Virus record (IMG/VR): IMGVR_UViG_3300049472_000089
Location: 1 to 46,789 of that record
DNA: 46,789 nucleotides
Reading direction: 5' to 3' (one strand)
From: a virus
Lineage: Duplodnaviria > Caudoviricetes
Part shown: piece after piece, positions 10,164 to 19,588 of the stretch
Numbering within the stretch: the stretch's first letter is position 1
Layout of the letters: the number at the start of each line of letters is the position of its first letter
Made by a program: the position numbers and the translations under genes
Notes under the pieces: model-generated
What the model was told of the DNA's origin: nothing
What the model saw: only the letters and a program-made list of their open reading frames with translations
The model's database searches: none

Positions 10164-10793
10164 ATGTGCTTACCAAAACCAAAAGCTCCAGTAGATAATT
10201 CAGGCGAAATCGCGCGCCAGCAAGAAGAAGCGCGTCAAGCAAAAATTCGCGAAGGACAAGCGCTTATCGACAGCTCCTTCGACACCACCTTTAACGATGA
10301 CTATTTCGGCGCTCGCGCTCAAGAGTATGAGGATTATTACAATCCGCAGCTATTGACGCAGTTTGAAGACGCAAAGAAGCAGCTCACCTTCAACGCAGCA
10401 CGCTCAGGCAATGCCGAATCGACAGACGCCAACGAGCAATTTGCCAGACTGGAGAAAGCGCGTGCAGACGCGGCCACCAAAATAGCAAACGACGCATTGG
10501 CCACTACTGGCAAATTAAAGTCAGACGTGGCAAGTCAGCGTAGCAATCTTTACACGCTGAATAACTCAGCAGCCGACCCGACGCAATCCGCAGCGCAAGC
10601 GCAAGCGGCGGTGACTCAATTGCAACAACCTACATCGTACAGTCCTCTTGGGTCTGTGTTCGCTAGCTTGATTCAGTCAGGCGGCAACGCGGCAGCGGTG
10701 AGACAAGCCACTACCGCCCCGGGATATGGCAGCATCGGCCCGCAAGCCCCAACAGGAAGTACCAATAACGGTTCAGGAAGGGTCGTGAACTAA
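10164..10793 (+). CDS. Internal virion (ejection) protein
   Basis: MC... start, Ala/Gln-rich helical, podovirus synteny. Confidence 0.6.
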   Translation: MCLPKPKAPVDNSGEIARQQEEARQAKIREGQALIDSSFDTTFNDDYFGARAQEYEDYYNPQLLTQFEDAKKQLTFNAARSGNAESTDANEQFARLEKARADAATKIANDALATTGKLKSDVASQRSNLYTLNNSAADPTQSAAQAQAAVTQLQQPTSYSPLGSVFASLIQSGGNAAAVRQATTAPGYGSIGPQAPTGSTNNGSGRVVN

Positions 10794-11509
10794 TGTGCAC
10801 AGGCTTAGAAATGGCAGCACTAGCAGCAGCGACCGGAGCCTCGGCGGCAGGCAGCGCGATGAACGCTCGCCAAGAAAGCAAGAACCAGCAAGCCAAGATC
10901 AACGCACGTAATGCTTCTCGCCAGCAAGAAGTTGAACGCCAAAAGGTATTCCAAGACGCTAACGATGTGGCTCTACAGCAAACGCTGCAAGGGTTCAACA
11001 AAGCCACAGTTGACCAAGGGTTCGGCGACCTAATTGCTTCGCGTGAGGCGGCCTACGCGGATAACGCTCCTGCCGTGCAATCTTTCGACGCAATCAGCGA
11101 AAATGCGCCGCAAGTGGTAAAAACGGATAGCGCTCGCAGAGTGGCTGACCAGCTCGGAAAGAGCAAAGCAGAAGCGAAAGCACTTGCGAAAATGGGCGGT
11201 ATAGGCGATCTATTCCAAAATAACGGTCTGGCCATCAACAACGCGGCAAACAATATCGGCACGACTAACTCAATCGCCAGAGGCTCGCTCGGCGCAAACG
11301 CAACCGAGCAAGTATCCGCAGCGAATAATGCGGGTAACAAAAAAAGCATGTGGGGCGACCTCTTGCAAGCCGCAGGTCAGGCGGGAACAATGTACGTCTC
11401 AGGTGGCGGCTTATCGCCAACAGGGGCTACTGGCGTCACCGCGGCTAACGGCGGTATTCCTTACGACATGGCTACTTATCAATCCGCTCCAATTACACCA
11501 GTGTGGTAA
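10793..11509 (+). CDS. Internal virion (ejection) protein
   Basis: MC start, Ala/Gly-rich N-terminus, coiled coil; gp14-like character. Confidence 0.65.
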   Translation: MCTGLEMAALAAATGASAAGSAMNARQESKNQQAKINARNASRQQEVERQKVFQDANDVALQQTLQGFNKATVDQGFGDLIASREAAYADNAPAVQSFDAISENAPQVVKTDSARRVADQLGKSKAEAKALAKMGGIGDLFQNNGLAINNAANNIGTTNSIARGSLGANATEQVSAANNAGNKKSMWGDLLQAAGQAGTMYVSGGGLSPTGATGVTAANGGIPYDMATYQSAPITPVW

Positions 11510-11512
11510 ATT

Positions 11513-12559
11513 ATGCCTGTAAAAATACAAAACTCATTTTCACCCACCACCGAAATAGGCGCTGCGCTTAACAACGCGATAACCGGCTACTATAACAACA
11601 CGCCTACTTACGGCGAAGCGCAGGCTGCGCGCATTGATGCGAATAAGGCCGACGCGCCCCGAGTAATCGGCGAGCGCATAAAAGCGCTTTATGGTAGCTC
11701 AGGCGGGGCGGGGCAACCCCTCACGCCGCAGATGGTTCAAGACCAGATTGCAGGGCTTGCAGAAGCCACTGCTATGGGCGGCGACGTAGGTAAGCTGGGC
11801 GAGATGCTGCGCACCGTGGTGGCCAATTCTGCCAACCCTGAGAGCGTGCAAATGATCGACCGCGCTCAGCAAGGAGCAGGCCAAGCGTATAACACGACCG
11901 AAACAGGTTTTAACACCGCGCAGAAAAACGACCTCGCTAAAGTGAAGATGCAGCAAGACGGCGCTAACTACCGCGCAAACGTGGCCGCTTCGGCAACTCA
12001 AATGTCAAGAAAAGAGCAGGAGAAGCTAAACGGCAAAAAGTCGTTTGAGAACGTGCTCGACGACATCTCAAGTCAATACGATAAGCTCGCTGCAAGCGGC
12101 GGCGTGGTGGACACAACGGCCAACCCTATCAAGAACTTCTTGGCACGCACCGCGAGCAGCGGCGGCGGTCAACTAGTCGGTGAGTTCGTCGGCACAGAAA
12201 ATCAATCCGCTCGCAATCAGATAAAGGCGTCTCTGCCACTGCTCAAGCAGGCGGTAATGTCAGCTACTGGCATGTCGGCCAAGCAGATGGATTCTAACGT
12301 GGAGATGAAGGCGTTTATGGAAGCGTTGACTGATCCGCAGAAAGACATTCAGGCGACACGCGCCATTATCAGCCGCTTGTCTCGCCAATTCGGCACAGGC
12401 GGAATGGATGACGGCGGTGGCGGCCCAACAGGCGTTGATGTTTCGGGCGTAAATAACAGCCCGATAAGTGCTAGCACCGCAGGCCCTGTGCGTAAAGTTA
12501 TCGACGGTGTGGCGTATGTTAATTACACCGGGCAACCCGAAGATTGGGAAGAAGAGTAA
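11513..12559 (+). CDS. Internal virion (ejection) protein
   Basis: Helical A/Q/G-rich; synteny. Confidence 0.6.
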   Translation: MPVKIQNSFSPTTEIGAALNNAITGYYNNTPTYGEAQAARIDANKADAPRVIGERIKALYGSSGGAGQPLTPQMVQDQIAGLAEATAMGGDVGKLGEMLRTVVANSANPESVQMIDRAQQGAGQAYNTTETGFNTAQKNDLAKVKMQQDGANYRANVAASATQMSRKEQEKLNGKKSFENVLDDISSQYDKLAASGGVVDTTANPIKNFLARTASSGGGQLVGEFVGTENQSARNQIKASLPLLKQAVMSATGMSAKQMDSNVEMKAFMEALTDPQKDIQATRAIISRLSRQFGTGGMDDGGGGPTGVDVSGVNNSPISASTAGPVRKVIDGVAYVNYTGQPEDWEEE

Positions 12560-12563
12560 TGCG

Positions 12564-14789
12564 ATGGCAAAAATCACTGACCCTGCGCTCTTGCAGAAAC
12601 TAAATGCGGCACCGGATTATAACGACCCGGCGCAACGTGACGCGGCCATAGTTGACCTTTACAGGGATGACGGCGCGCCAGTTGGCGGCGCTGCGCCCAA
12701 AGCCAAAAGAAAAGTGGCTGACCCTGCATTGCTTGCCAAATTGAACGCTCCGCAAGAAGAGGGCAACCTCGTCGAACAGTTCGCAAACTCAGATTTTGGC
12801 AAAGGTGCTAGTGAGGGGCTAACTAATCGCGGCATCGGCGTTATCCAGCTCATCTACGATGGTTTGAAGGCTTCGGGGGCTATTGAGCCGCAACCCGAGT
12901 TTGAACAGGCCATACAGACAGCCTACGCGAAGGAAGAGGCCAAAGGAAAAGGCACTGGCGTCATGGGTGCTGCAGGAGAGATTATCGCCGATCCGGTGAA
13001 TTGGATAGGTGGCGGTCTGTCCGTTTTGCAAAAGCAAGCAGTGAAACAGGTGGGTGCTCGAGCGATGCGCGCGGCTGCGCTAGAAGGCGCAGGGCGAGAG
13101 GGTATCAAGCGCGCAGGACGGAAAGCAGCAACGCGCCAATTAGCGCGTGAGAGTGCAAAGATTGGCGGAAAAATCGGTGCGGTATCAGCAGGCACCAACG
13201 TGCAGCCGGACGATACGCTGGGCACTCGGGCGATTAACACCGCGATAGGTGCAGCGGGCGGAGCGGCCACAGGCGCGGCGCTTCCTATTATAGGAAATAA
13301 AGTGGCTGATACGGCACGCGGCGCAGGAAACATGGCCTCAGATATTGTGGCGGCAGGGCGCGGCGGCATGGGTCGCACTCCCGAAGAGTTGAACAGTGCT
13401 ATCTCCTCACTCAAAGATGAAGGCGGCCGTTTGGCAAATCAGATGCGTGAACTCAACGTAGCTGTGACGCCACAAGGCGGCCAAAGATTAGTCGCAAACG
13501 TCAAGCAAGCACTATCTAAGGCAGGGCTGGACGCCTCATTGCACCCCGACACGGTAGCAGCGTTGCGAGAGCTCGAAGAGCGCGCTGCAAGCACATTCAA
13601 AGGCGACGCTATGGGCAACCCTGGTCTTGACGTCGTAAGCCTTGATAATATCCGTCGTAAGCTCGGCAAGGCCATGGGTGAAGATGCAGGCACAGCGGGG
13701 CTTTTCCGCAACGCCATGGAAGAAACACTGGCGCAACCCGGCATTGTAGATGGTTCGCCCGCCGCTCTCGATATTCGCGACCAGTTCTTGAACCAATGGA
13801 AGAAAGCGTCTCGGTTCCAAGATGTAGCGGAATTGGCCAATAAGTCGAATAATGACCCGAATCGTATTCGCACAGTTGTTAATGCCTTTACCGATAAAAT
13901 AGAAAATCGTGATAAATTCACTAACGATGAATGGGAGGCGCTACAGCGGTCAGCAGAGCGCACTGCAGGCGATAAAATGCTAGGGCTTGCAGGCAGTCTG
14001 GGCGTTGATATGGGTTCGATCAGCCGTAACCCTCGCGCCTTGATGCCTTGGCTTATGGCCACTTCTAGGTCAGGGGTGCAAGGCGGCACAGGCTATCTGC
14101 TCGGCGGTCCTGCGCCTGTGTTGGTTGGCACACTTGCAAACACCCTTAAAAACCGAACTGTCAACGGCCGCTTAGAGAAAGCGTTGCGGTTGATAGAACA
14201 ACGTGACGTCACGCCTGCACCACGGCCGACGCCACCAGCTCCGCCGCCGCTAGCATTGCCCGCTCCTGGCTATCGCGCGCCTATGACAGACGCACAAGTG
14301 GCGGCGGCGCGTGCAAAAATAACCGAGGCGCTCCCTCCGTCGCCTCCGAGTGGCGTTCCTTTTGACTACGGCGACGTGCCATATAATTACCAAGCAGGCG
14401 GCGCTGCGCCTACGCCGGGCATTTCTGCGCAACCATATAAAACGCCCACCCCGTTGGCGGATATGGTCTCTTCGCAGCTTCGCAAGGATAGAGAGGTATC
14501 AGTTGCCGAGGCTCAGAAAGCAATCCAAGATGCGGCGGCTGCCGCTGCGCGCACAAACCAATTGGCGAACAGCGTCCCGCCGACTACGCTTGGCGACATT
14601 GTTGCCGACGTGCAGCAAGCTGGCGTTGATCGTGCTGCGGCAATAGGCGAACCGCCGCCGCAAGTTGGCGGTGTCGGGCAAGCGCTCTTAGAGGCTATCA
14701 CGAAGCCCAAGCCGAAACCAAAAGGCCCGCTGAAAATCACAATTCGTCCTGATGACGCACAAGATTTGCCCGATGTCAATCTCCCGTAA
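12564..14789 (+). CDS. Large internal virion (DNA ejection) protein
   Basis: Start MAKITDP; GAAGG-type hydrophobic Gly/Ala helices, duplicated DPALL-x-KLNA motif, Pro-rich C-terminus. Confidence 0.65.
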   Translation: MAKITDPALLQKLNAAPDYNDPAQRDAAIVDLYRDDGAPVGGAAPKAKRKVADPALLAKLNAPQEEGNLVEQFANSDFGKGASEGLTNRGIGVIQLIYDGLKASGAIEPQPEFEQAIQTAYAKEEAKGKGTGVMGAAGEIIADPVNWIGGGLSVLQKQAVKQVGARAMRAAALEGAGREGIKRAGRKAATRQLARESAKIGGKIGAVSAGTNVQPDDTLGTRAINTAIGAAGGAATGAALPIIGNKVADTARGAGNMASDIVAAGRGGMGRTPEELNSAISSLKDEGGRLANQMRELNVAVTPQGGQRLVANVKQALSKAGLDASLHPDTVAALRELEERAASTFKGDAMGNPGLDVVSLDNIRRKLGKAMGEDAGTAGLFRNAMEETLAQPGIVDGSPAALDIRDQFLNQWKKASRFQDVAELANKSNNDPNRIRTVVNAFTDKIENRDKFTNDEWEALQRSAERTAGDKMLGLAGSLGVDMGSISRNPRALMPWLMATSRSGVQGGTGYLLGGPAPVLVGTLANTLKNRTVNGRLEKALRLIEQRDVTPAPRPTPPAPPPLALPAPGYRAPMTDAQVAAARAKITEALPPSPPSGVPFDYGDVPYNYQAGGAAPTPGISAQPYKTPTPLADMVSSQLRKDREVSVAEAQKAIQDAAAAAARTNQLANSVPPTTLGDIVADVQQAGVDRAAAIGEPPPQVGGVGQALLEAITKPKPKPKGPLKITIRPDDAQDLPDVNLP

Positions 14790-14796
14790 TTACTGA

Positions 14797-14825
14797 TTGC
14801 ATAAATGAAAGCACTGTGTTATTCT
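14797..14825 (+). promoter_or_regulatory. sigma70-like promoter of the recombinase
   Basis: TTGCAT-N17-TATTCT with extended -10 TG; AAGCACT occurs twice, on either side of the -10. Confidence 0.55.
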
Positions 14826-14851
14826 AAGCACTCACTGTTTAGGAGAAACAC

Positions 14852-15694
14852 ATGCTTACCGTAAATAAAGCCCTTGATAATTACTATTTTGAGCACATTA
14901 AAAAGAAGTGCGTCGATGCCCGTCGCGCCGAGTTTGCCATCCATGCGCTTAAAGACGTGTTTGGTGAATCAGCCATTTGCGACATCGACATACCGGCATG
15001 CCGCGATTACGCTGACGTAAGGGGTGTTTCGGACTCAACCGTGCGCCGTGAGTTGGGTGTTTTGCATGCTGCCGCTGAACACGCAGTAAGGTGGCGCAGG
15101 CTCAAGCGCGACGATATGCCTTCCATCGAGCTGCCGCCCGAGTCAGAGCCACGCCGTCAATGGCTGTTCAAAGACGAGTTGGCGGCATTGTTAGACGAAG
15201 CTGAGAGCACTGACGAAAAAGTATTTCGTTTTTGTCAGATTGCCTATCACACAGCCTCTCGTAAGGCAGCAATAGAATCGCTCCGCTGGGAACAAGTGGA
15301 CTTACAAACACGTCGAATAAATCTTCAAGGCGCTGGCATGGCTGTGACCAAGAAACGGCGGCCGATTGTGGCGATTTCGGAGGCAATGGCAGAGGAGCTG
15401 ACAGCGATGAAGAGTGCCGCAACGACGCCATGGGTGCTAGGGAGTCCTGCGCCAATATCAAATCGTTTTCAGAGAGTGGCTGAGCGCGCCAAGTTGCACC
15501 AGTTACCGCAGCGCGGGCTTCGGGAAGCGGGAGCGCTATCCCCTCACGTATTGCGGCATAGTCGAGCCACTCACCTTCTTGAGGCTGGTAAAAGCCCTTT
15601 TGCTGTAGCCAGTCTTCTAGGCGATACGGTGACGACAGTATTGCGAGTTTACGGCCATTCTTGCCCCGATCACATGGAAAGTGTTGTGTCATAG
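14852..15694 (+). CDS. int: Tyrosine recombinase / integrase (compact; no arm-binding domain)
   Basis: TASR (Arg I), KKRR (Lys), HVLRHS (HxxR), LLGD (H/W position replaced by D), VYGH (catalytic Tyr); AGGAG RBS. Confidence 0.9.
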   Translation: MLTVNKALDNYYFEHIKKKCVDARRAEFAIHALKDVFGESAICDIDIPACRDYADVRGVSDSTVRRELGVLHAAAEHAVRWRRLKRDDMPSIELPPESEPRRQWLFKDELAALLDEAESTDEKVFRFCQIAYHTASRKAAIESLRWEQVDLQTRRINLQGAGMAVTKKRRPIVAISEAMAEELTAMKSAATTPWVLGSPAPISNRFQRVAERAKLHQLPQRGLREAGALSPHVLRHSRATHLLEAGKSPFAVASLLGDTVTTVLRVYGHSCPDHMESVVS

Positions 15695-15817
15695 TTTCCA
15701 AAAGTCTTTCATCAGGGCTTGCACCTCTTCATCGGTTAGAGAGGGGTTGTCACGTTTGAGAGCAGCGAATCGGCGCATGTACTCTTCCATAACAGCTTGC
15801 ATATTCGGAAAGCACAT
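15689..15817 (-). CDS. Small hypothetical protein (42 aa, MCFPNMQAV...KDFWKL)
   Basis: Read manually; starts 3 nt after the polA stop and converges with int. Confidence 0.5.
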   Translation of the reverse strand: MCFPNMQAVMEEYMRRFAALKRDNPSLTDEEVQALMKDFWKL

Positions 15818-15820
15818 AAA

Positions 15821-17968
15821 TCACCCTTTCTTATATCTGTAACCCCGCCAGCCTGACGCGGTTATTGGTAAATCCTGCGCCCATGCGGGGCGCTGCGTCA
15901 TCAGGTCGCGGAACTCGTCTAAAGAGCCGAAACCCTCATCGACTTCGTTTATTATTTCGTCGTGCACCGAGAGGACTGTCTCATAACCGGCTCTCTCGGT
16001 GCGCAACATGGCTTCCGCCATAATATCACGGGCTATTGCTTGCGTGATATTCTCCACTGCCAACCCGCCATAGAAGGCTTTATTCTCCCATTTTCGGGTG
16101 AACTGATTGGTAGATTTATATCGTATTTGTTGGCGCGTGTCACCCCATGGCGTTTTTATGTCTTTCAGCTCAGCAAACGGGTAGCAGAGCGACCGCCCAG
16201 AAGGAAGACGGCAGAACAGGAACGGCGAAACGAAACGGTATTTAATGACGCCTGTTTCAAATGTTTCGCCGGGGTTATTCATGGCCCGAAGCGCGCAATC
16301 TTCTGTCTCACGCCACGATTCGGCGATGCGGTAGTTCTTCGCCCGCCAGGACAGCTTCACAATTTCGGCCGCAATCCATGAGCTCTTTTTGATGCCCGTG
16401 CTTTTACCGTATTGTGGCCAATTCTCAAGCGCCGTGTCAAACATCTTTTGAGAGCATGAGTCGATAATCCGCTCGCTGACATTTTCCAGCTTCATGCCGT
16501 AGTTTTTACCCATCTTGGCAAAGGCACGCGCACCGCCTTGGAAACCGAGCGACAATTCCGCCACTTTACCGATCTGGCGATAGAAGTCGTCGGCCGCTTC
16601 TTGCAGTGTTATGCCGAAAATACCACTTGCCTGCAGCACGTATAAGTCAGGCCCCGTGCCGTTATCATACTCACGGAAGGCGTCGAGTTTATCGGTCTGC
16701 CCCGCCTGCCATGCCACCACGCGCCCCTCAATGTTCGAGAAATCGGCTGCGAGCAGCTCTCTTCCGCGCGGCGCTTTAATGAGGCTTCGTATGCAGTCAG
16801 AAACGACCGTCATCGGCTTTCCATACATCATCTCCAGCAACGGCAAATCTTCGTCAGAAATGGCCAATAGCGCGTTTCGTATAACCCTGTCGAATTCGAC
16901 ACCTTTGCCTTTTAGTATTTTTGGCCGTGTCAGGTTCTGCAGCTGCGTACCGCGTGCTGCCCAGCGCCCTGTGGCTGATGCGCCATAATACTGCAAATTG
17001 CCGCGCATACGCCCATCTGCCTGCCTTCGGGTAAGCATGCTGCCAATCTTGGCGGTTGACGTCTTGCTGCCCTCCTGGCGAAGCTCCAGCACCTTGCGCA
17101 CGTCGTCGCTCAAATCGTCGCGTATCAGCAAATCTTCAAGCACGTCCTTGGCGATGCTGTCCGTCTCGATGCCTTCGTTTTTCAGCCATGTCACTATCTG
17201 CGTAGCCTTGTTCACGCCTTCCACTTCACCCAGCGTAATCCGCCTTATCTGCGCGTCTATCTTAGCGGTAGCCATGCTCACAATTTTCTGACTGGCCAAA
17301 CACAGCTTCTTGTCGATGAACACCCCGCGGTCGTTAATGGCCGCATCAAGGTGGAATATACGCTCCTCGCTCTTTGACATGGGTAGCACGAACCGCGCCA
17401 CGTATTGCTCAGTGCGCACGTCGTTCTTACAATACTTTCCTAATCGGCGAATCTGGGTAGGCGTGTTGTGCCAGTAAGGGCCGCAGGCTCTGCACTTAGC
17501 GCCGCCGCAAACAGGACACGCTTCTGCTTTTAGCAGTTTGCGCGGCTTGCACATTTTCAGCATGAGCCGGTGGCCTTCTTTGTCTTTGACAATTTCGCCA
17601 CCAATCGCAGGGCCTGCTTTGTCAAGCTGTCCGGGCAAATTCATGATGAGCGCCTCAGACATGGTGCATTTGAACTGCCGCTCTTTAGGCAATGGCCACC
17701 CGTATTTTGGCGAGAGCTTATGCCGCCACATGAGCCGCTCAAAGGCCACGTTCCACGCATATACGGGGCCGCCTTCTTCGATATGCACCTTTATGCGACG
17801 AGGCACTGGATCGCCTGGAAACCATAAACTCGGTTCTTCGTCATCGAAAGCGTAAGCGACGCAATGCAAGTCGGTACTTTCGTCTTCCCAATAGCGATGA
17901 GCGCCTGCCTTCTTTAGGTCAATCGTCGAGTAGGATTCGCCGTCAAGATGAAGGTGGCGGGTAGTCAT
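15821..17968 (-). CDS. polA: Family A DNA polymerase with 3'-5' exonuclease
   Basis: ExoI LDGES, ExoII AWNVAFER, ExoIII YCKND; motif A ADFSNIEGR, motif B RQIGKVAELSLGF, motif C VHDE. Confidence 0.95.
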   Translation of the reverse strand: MTTRHLHLDGESYSTIDLKKAGAHRYWEDESTDLHCVAYAFDDEEPSLWFPGDPVPRRIKVHIEEGGPVYAWNVAFERLMWRHKLSPKYGWPLPKERQFKCTMSEALIMNLPGQLDKAGPAIGGEIVKDKEGHRLMLKMCKPRKLLKAEACPVCGGAKCRACGPYWHNTPTQIRRLGKYCKNDVRTEQYVARFVLPMSKSEERIFHLDAAINDRGVFIDKKLCLASQKIVSMATAKIDAQIRRITLGEVEGVNKATQIVTWLKNEGIETDSIAKDVLEDLLIRDDLSDDVRKVLELRQEGSKTSTAKIGSMLTRRQADGRMRGNLQYYGASATGRWAARGTQLQNLTRPKILKGKGVEFDRVIRNALLAISDEDLPLLEMMYGKPMTVVSDCIRSLIKAPRGRELLAADFSNIEGRVVAWQAGQTDKLDAFREYDNGTGPDLYVLQASGIFGITLQEAADDFYRQIGKVAELSLGFQGGARAFAKMGKNYGMKLENVSERIIDSCSQKMFDTALENWPQYGKSTGIKKSSWIAAEIVKLSWRAKNYRIAESWRETEDCALRAMNNPGETFETGVIKYRFVSPFLFCRLPSGRSLCYPFAELKDIKTPWGDTRQQIRYKSTNQFTRKWENKAFYGGLAVENITQAIARDIMAEAMLRTERAGYETVLSVHDEIINEVDEGFGSLDEFRDLMTQRPAWAQDLPITASGWRGYRYKKG

Positions 17969-18144
17969 TTTGGCAAATTCGGGTAAGATTCAGCTGCAAT
18001 CAACACATCCGGCGCTTGGTCGAATTTGCAATCTTCCCAATAGTAGATGTCTTGCATCTGATAATTCTTCGTTTTTATGAGCGTTTGCAAAATAGCCTTA
18101 CCGAATCGGCCTTTACGTACGCGATACCGTCCCACTTGTGCCAT
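17965..18144 (-). CDS. Hypothetical protein
   Basis: Start MAQVGRY after GGAG; stop overlaps the polA start. Confidence 0.55.
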   Translation of the reverse strand: MAQVGRYRVRKGRFGKAILQTLIKTKNYQMQDIYYWEDCKFDQAPDVLIAAESYPNLPK

Positions 18145-18145
18145 A

Positions 18146-18436
18146 TCACACTCCCGGAATGATGAGTTTTTTGTTTGCGCCAATAATCGGCGAGCGGCGT
18201 TCGATAACACGCCCCGGCTTTATGAAATTAACCCGAGTAACGTCAGGATCGTTTCCCTGCGCAGGGGCTATAGTGTAGCCCGTGATATTTGCGTTATGGT
18301 CATACTCGAACCGTAAGTGCATTGGTGGGTGTTGGCTACTCACAAAGCCGATGCCGTGCTCTAAAACGAGCTCGTCCAGTTCAACAAGGGCACCCACTTC
18401 CACTACTTTGGTAGCTTTATCTAAGGCTGCAGACAT
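18146..18436 (-). CDS. Hypothetical protein
   Basis: ORF tiles the leftward operon. Confidence 0.6.
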   Translation of the reverse strand: MSAALDKATKVVEVGALVELDELVLEHGIGFVSSQHPPMHLRFEYDHNANITGYTIAPAQGNDPDVTRVNFIKPGRVIERRSPIIGANKKLIIPGV

Positions 18437-18457
18437 AGTTCTATCTTTCTATAAAGG

Positions 18458-18494
18458 TTACGGCCGAGACGGTAGCATAGCGCCCCGGCCGTAA
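18458..18494 (-). terminator. Intergenic stem-loop
   Basis: TTACGGCCG...CGGCCGTAA inverted repeat between genes. Confidence 0.4.
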
Positions 18495-18501
18495 TTCGAG
18501 A

Positions 18502-18687
18502 TTAAGCAGCTTCTGTTTCTTCTGATTCGTCAGAAAGAACTTCGCCAGTAAATTCTTCTACCGCTTTCACAATCTCACCGGCACATTTTTGGCCTTCAAA
18601 GCCGTTGCTGTGCAGGATAGCTGCTATTTTCTCTTTCAAATCTTTTGCGGAAACGGTCGTTTCTGCTTTCTTAGGTGCTTTAGCCAT
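18502..18687 (-). CDS. Small hypothetical protein
   Basis: AAGGAG RBS; ends in EAA. Confidence 0.7.
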   Translation of the reverse strand: MAKAPKKAETTVSAKDLKEKIAAILHSNGFEGQKCAGEIVKAVEEFTGEVLSDESEETEAA

Positions 18688-18712
18688 TGTTATCTCCTTT
18701 AAATTTCACCGT

Positions 18713-18991
18713 TTATCTCCAAAACGCCCACCACGGGCGCTTTGTCCTCGACAGCTTCCAGCCTTCTGCCTGGCAATCATAGCAAGGCCCAAAAACTCCG
18801 ATTTGGGGGCTGTAAGCCGCGTGGTCTTCTAAACATACTGCACACGGCATGTTATGTTCAATAAAAAACCCATGGTCGATCAGCGTAGGCTGCAGCATGG
18901 TTTCTTTTGGCGGTCTTGTGTAAGTGAAATCTGTGAAATCGCCTCTTGCGTAGTTGCCTGGCATTCTGTGCTCCTTGACATGTGTTTTCAT
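18713..18991 (-). CDS. Small Zn-finger protein
   Basis: CAVC...CYDC; PWWAFW C-terminus. Confidence 0.6.
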   Translation of the reverse strand: MKTHVKEHRMPGNYARGDFTDFTYTRPPKETMLQPTLIDHGFFIEHNMPCAVCLEDHAAYSPQIGVFGPCYDCQAEGWKLSRTKRPWWAFWR

Positions 18992-19000
18992 TTATGAGAT

Positions 19001-19030
19001 TATATAGCCAGTAGCAGAACTATTTGTCAA
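19001..19030 (-). promoter_or_regulatory. Leftward sigma70-like promoter
   Basis: Minus strand TTGACA-N17-CTATAT, close to the rhizobial CTTGAC-N17-CTATAT consensus. Confidence 0.45.
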
Positions 19031-19046
19031 TAAGGTTTTTCTAAAA

Positions 19047-19289
19047 ATGAAATCAGAACCCCATTTAATTTCGACCATCTTAGAGTTATCAAAAGGCGCT
19101 AAAGTCTATGCCGCTATCGAAGAACGGTGTAAAACGCAAACCCCGCCGCGCTCATTGCGTGATTTATGCGGCGAGAGCAAAGTCGGAATGGCGACAATCT
19201 GGCGCATGAAAAATGCCAAAACTGTCGCCAACATAAGACCGCTTGCAAAGCTCGAAGCAGTTTTCCGCAAATGGGAGCGAGGCGCTTAA
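19047..19289 (+). CDS. Small HTH (XRE-like) regulator, counter-oriented
   Basis: SLRDLCGESKVGMATIWRMK helix-turn-helix pattern; divergent from the leftward promoter. Confidence 0.6.
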   Translation: MKSEPHLISTILELSKGAKVYAAIEERCKTQTPPRSLRDLCGESKVGMATIWRMKNAKTVANIRPLAKLEAVFRKWERGA

Positions 19290-19588
19290 TCGAGCGATTC
19301 GTCCATCTCTTCGGGCGTCATCCCTAGTGCGCGACAATACGTGTCGTACACCAGTTCTTGCGCTTCACGTTCTTCTGCGGACAGCTTGCGCATTTTGATA
19401 ATTCGGCGGATCGCCTTTACGTCAAAACCGCTGCCTTTAGCCTCAGTAAAAATGTCGGTAATATCCGCCGATATGCCTTTTTTCTCGTCTTCAAGGCGCT
19501 CGATTCGCTCCACAATAGATTTAAGCTGCTCGTTATCAACGCCGCCTACTCTATTGTGGCCTTTTTTAGCAATTTTAGCTTTGGCCAT
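19286..19588 (-). CDS. gapR: GapR / DUF2312 nucleoid-associated protein homolog
   Basis: QLKSIVERIERLEDEKK...DIFTEAKGSGFDVKAIRRIIKMRK...YCRALGM matches the GapR signature. Confidence 0.93.
   Translation of the reverse strand: MAKAKIAKKGHNRVGGVDNEQLKSIVERIERLEDEKKGISADITDIFTEAKGSGFDVKAIRRIIKMRKLSAEEREAQELVYDTYCRALGMTPEEMDESLD

Noticed and set aside
14790-14851. tRNA-derived attP core or tRNA gene
   Set aside because: No T-arm/CCA-like sequence here; no tRNA recognised anywhere in the window by eye
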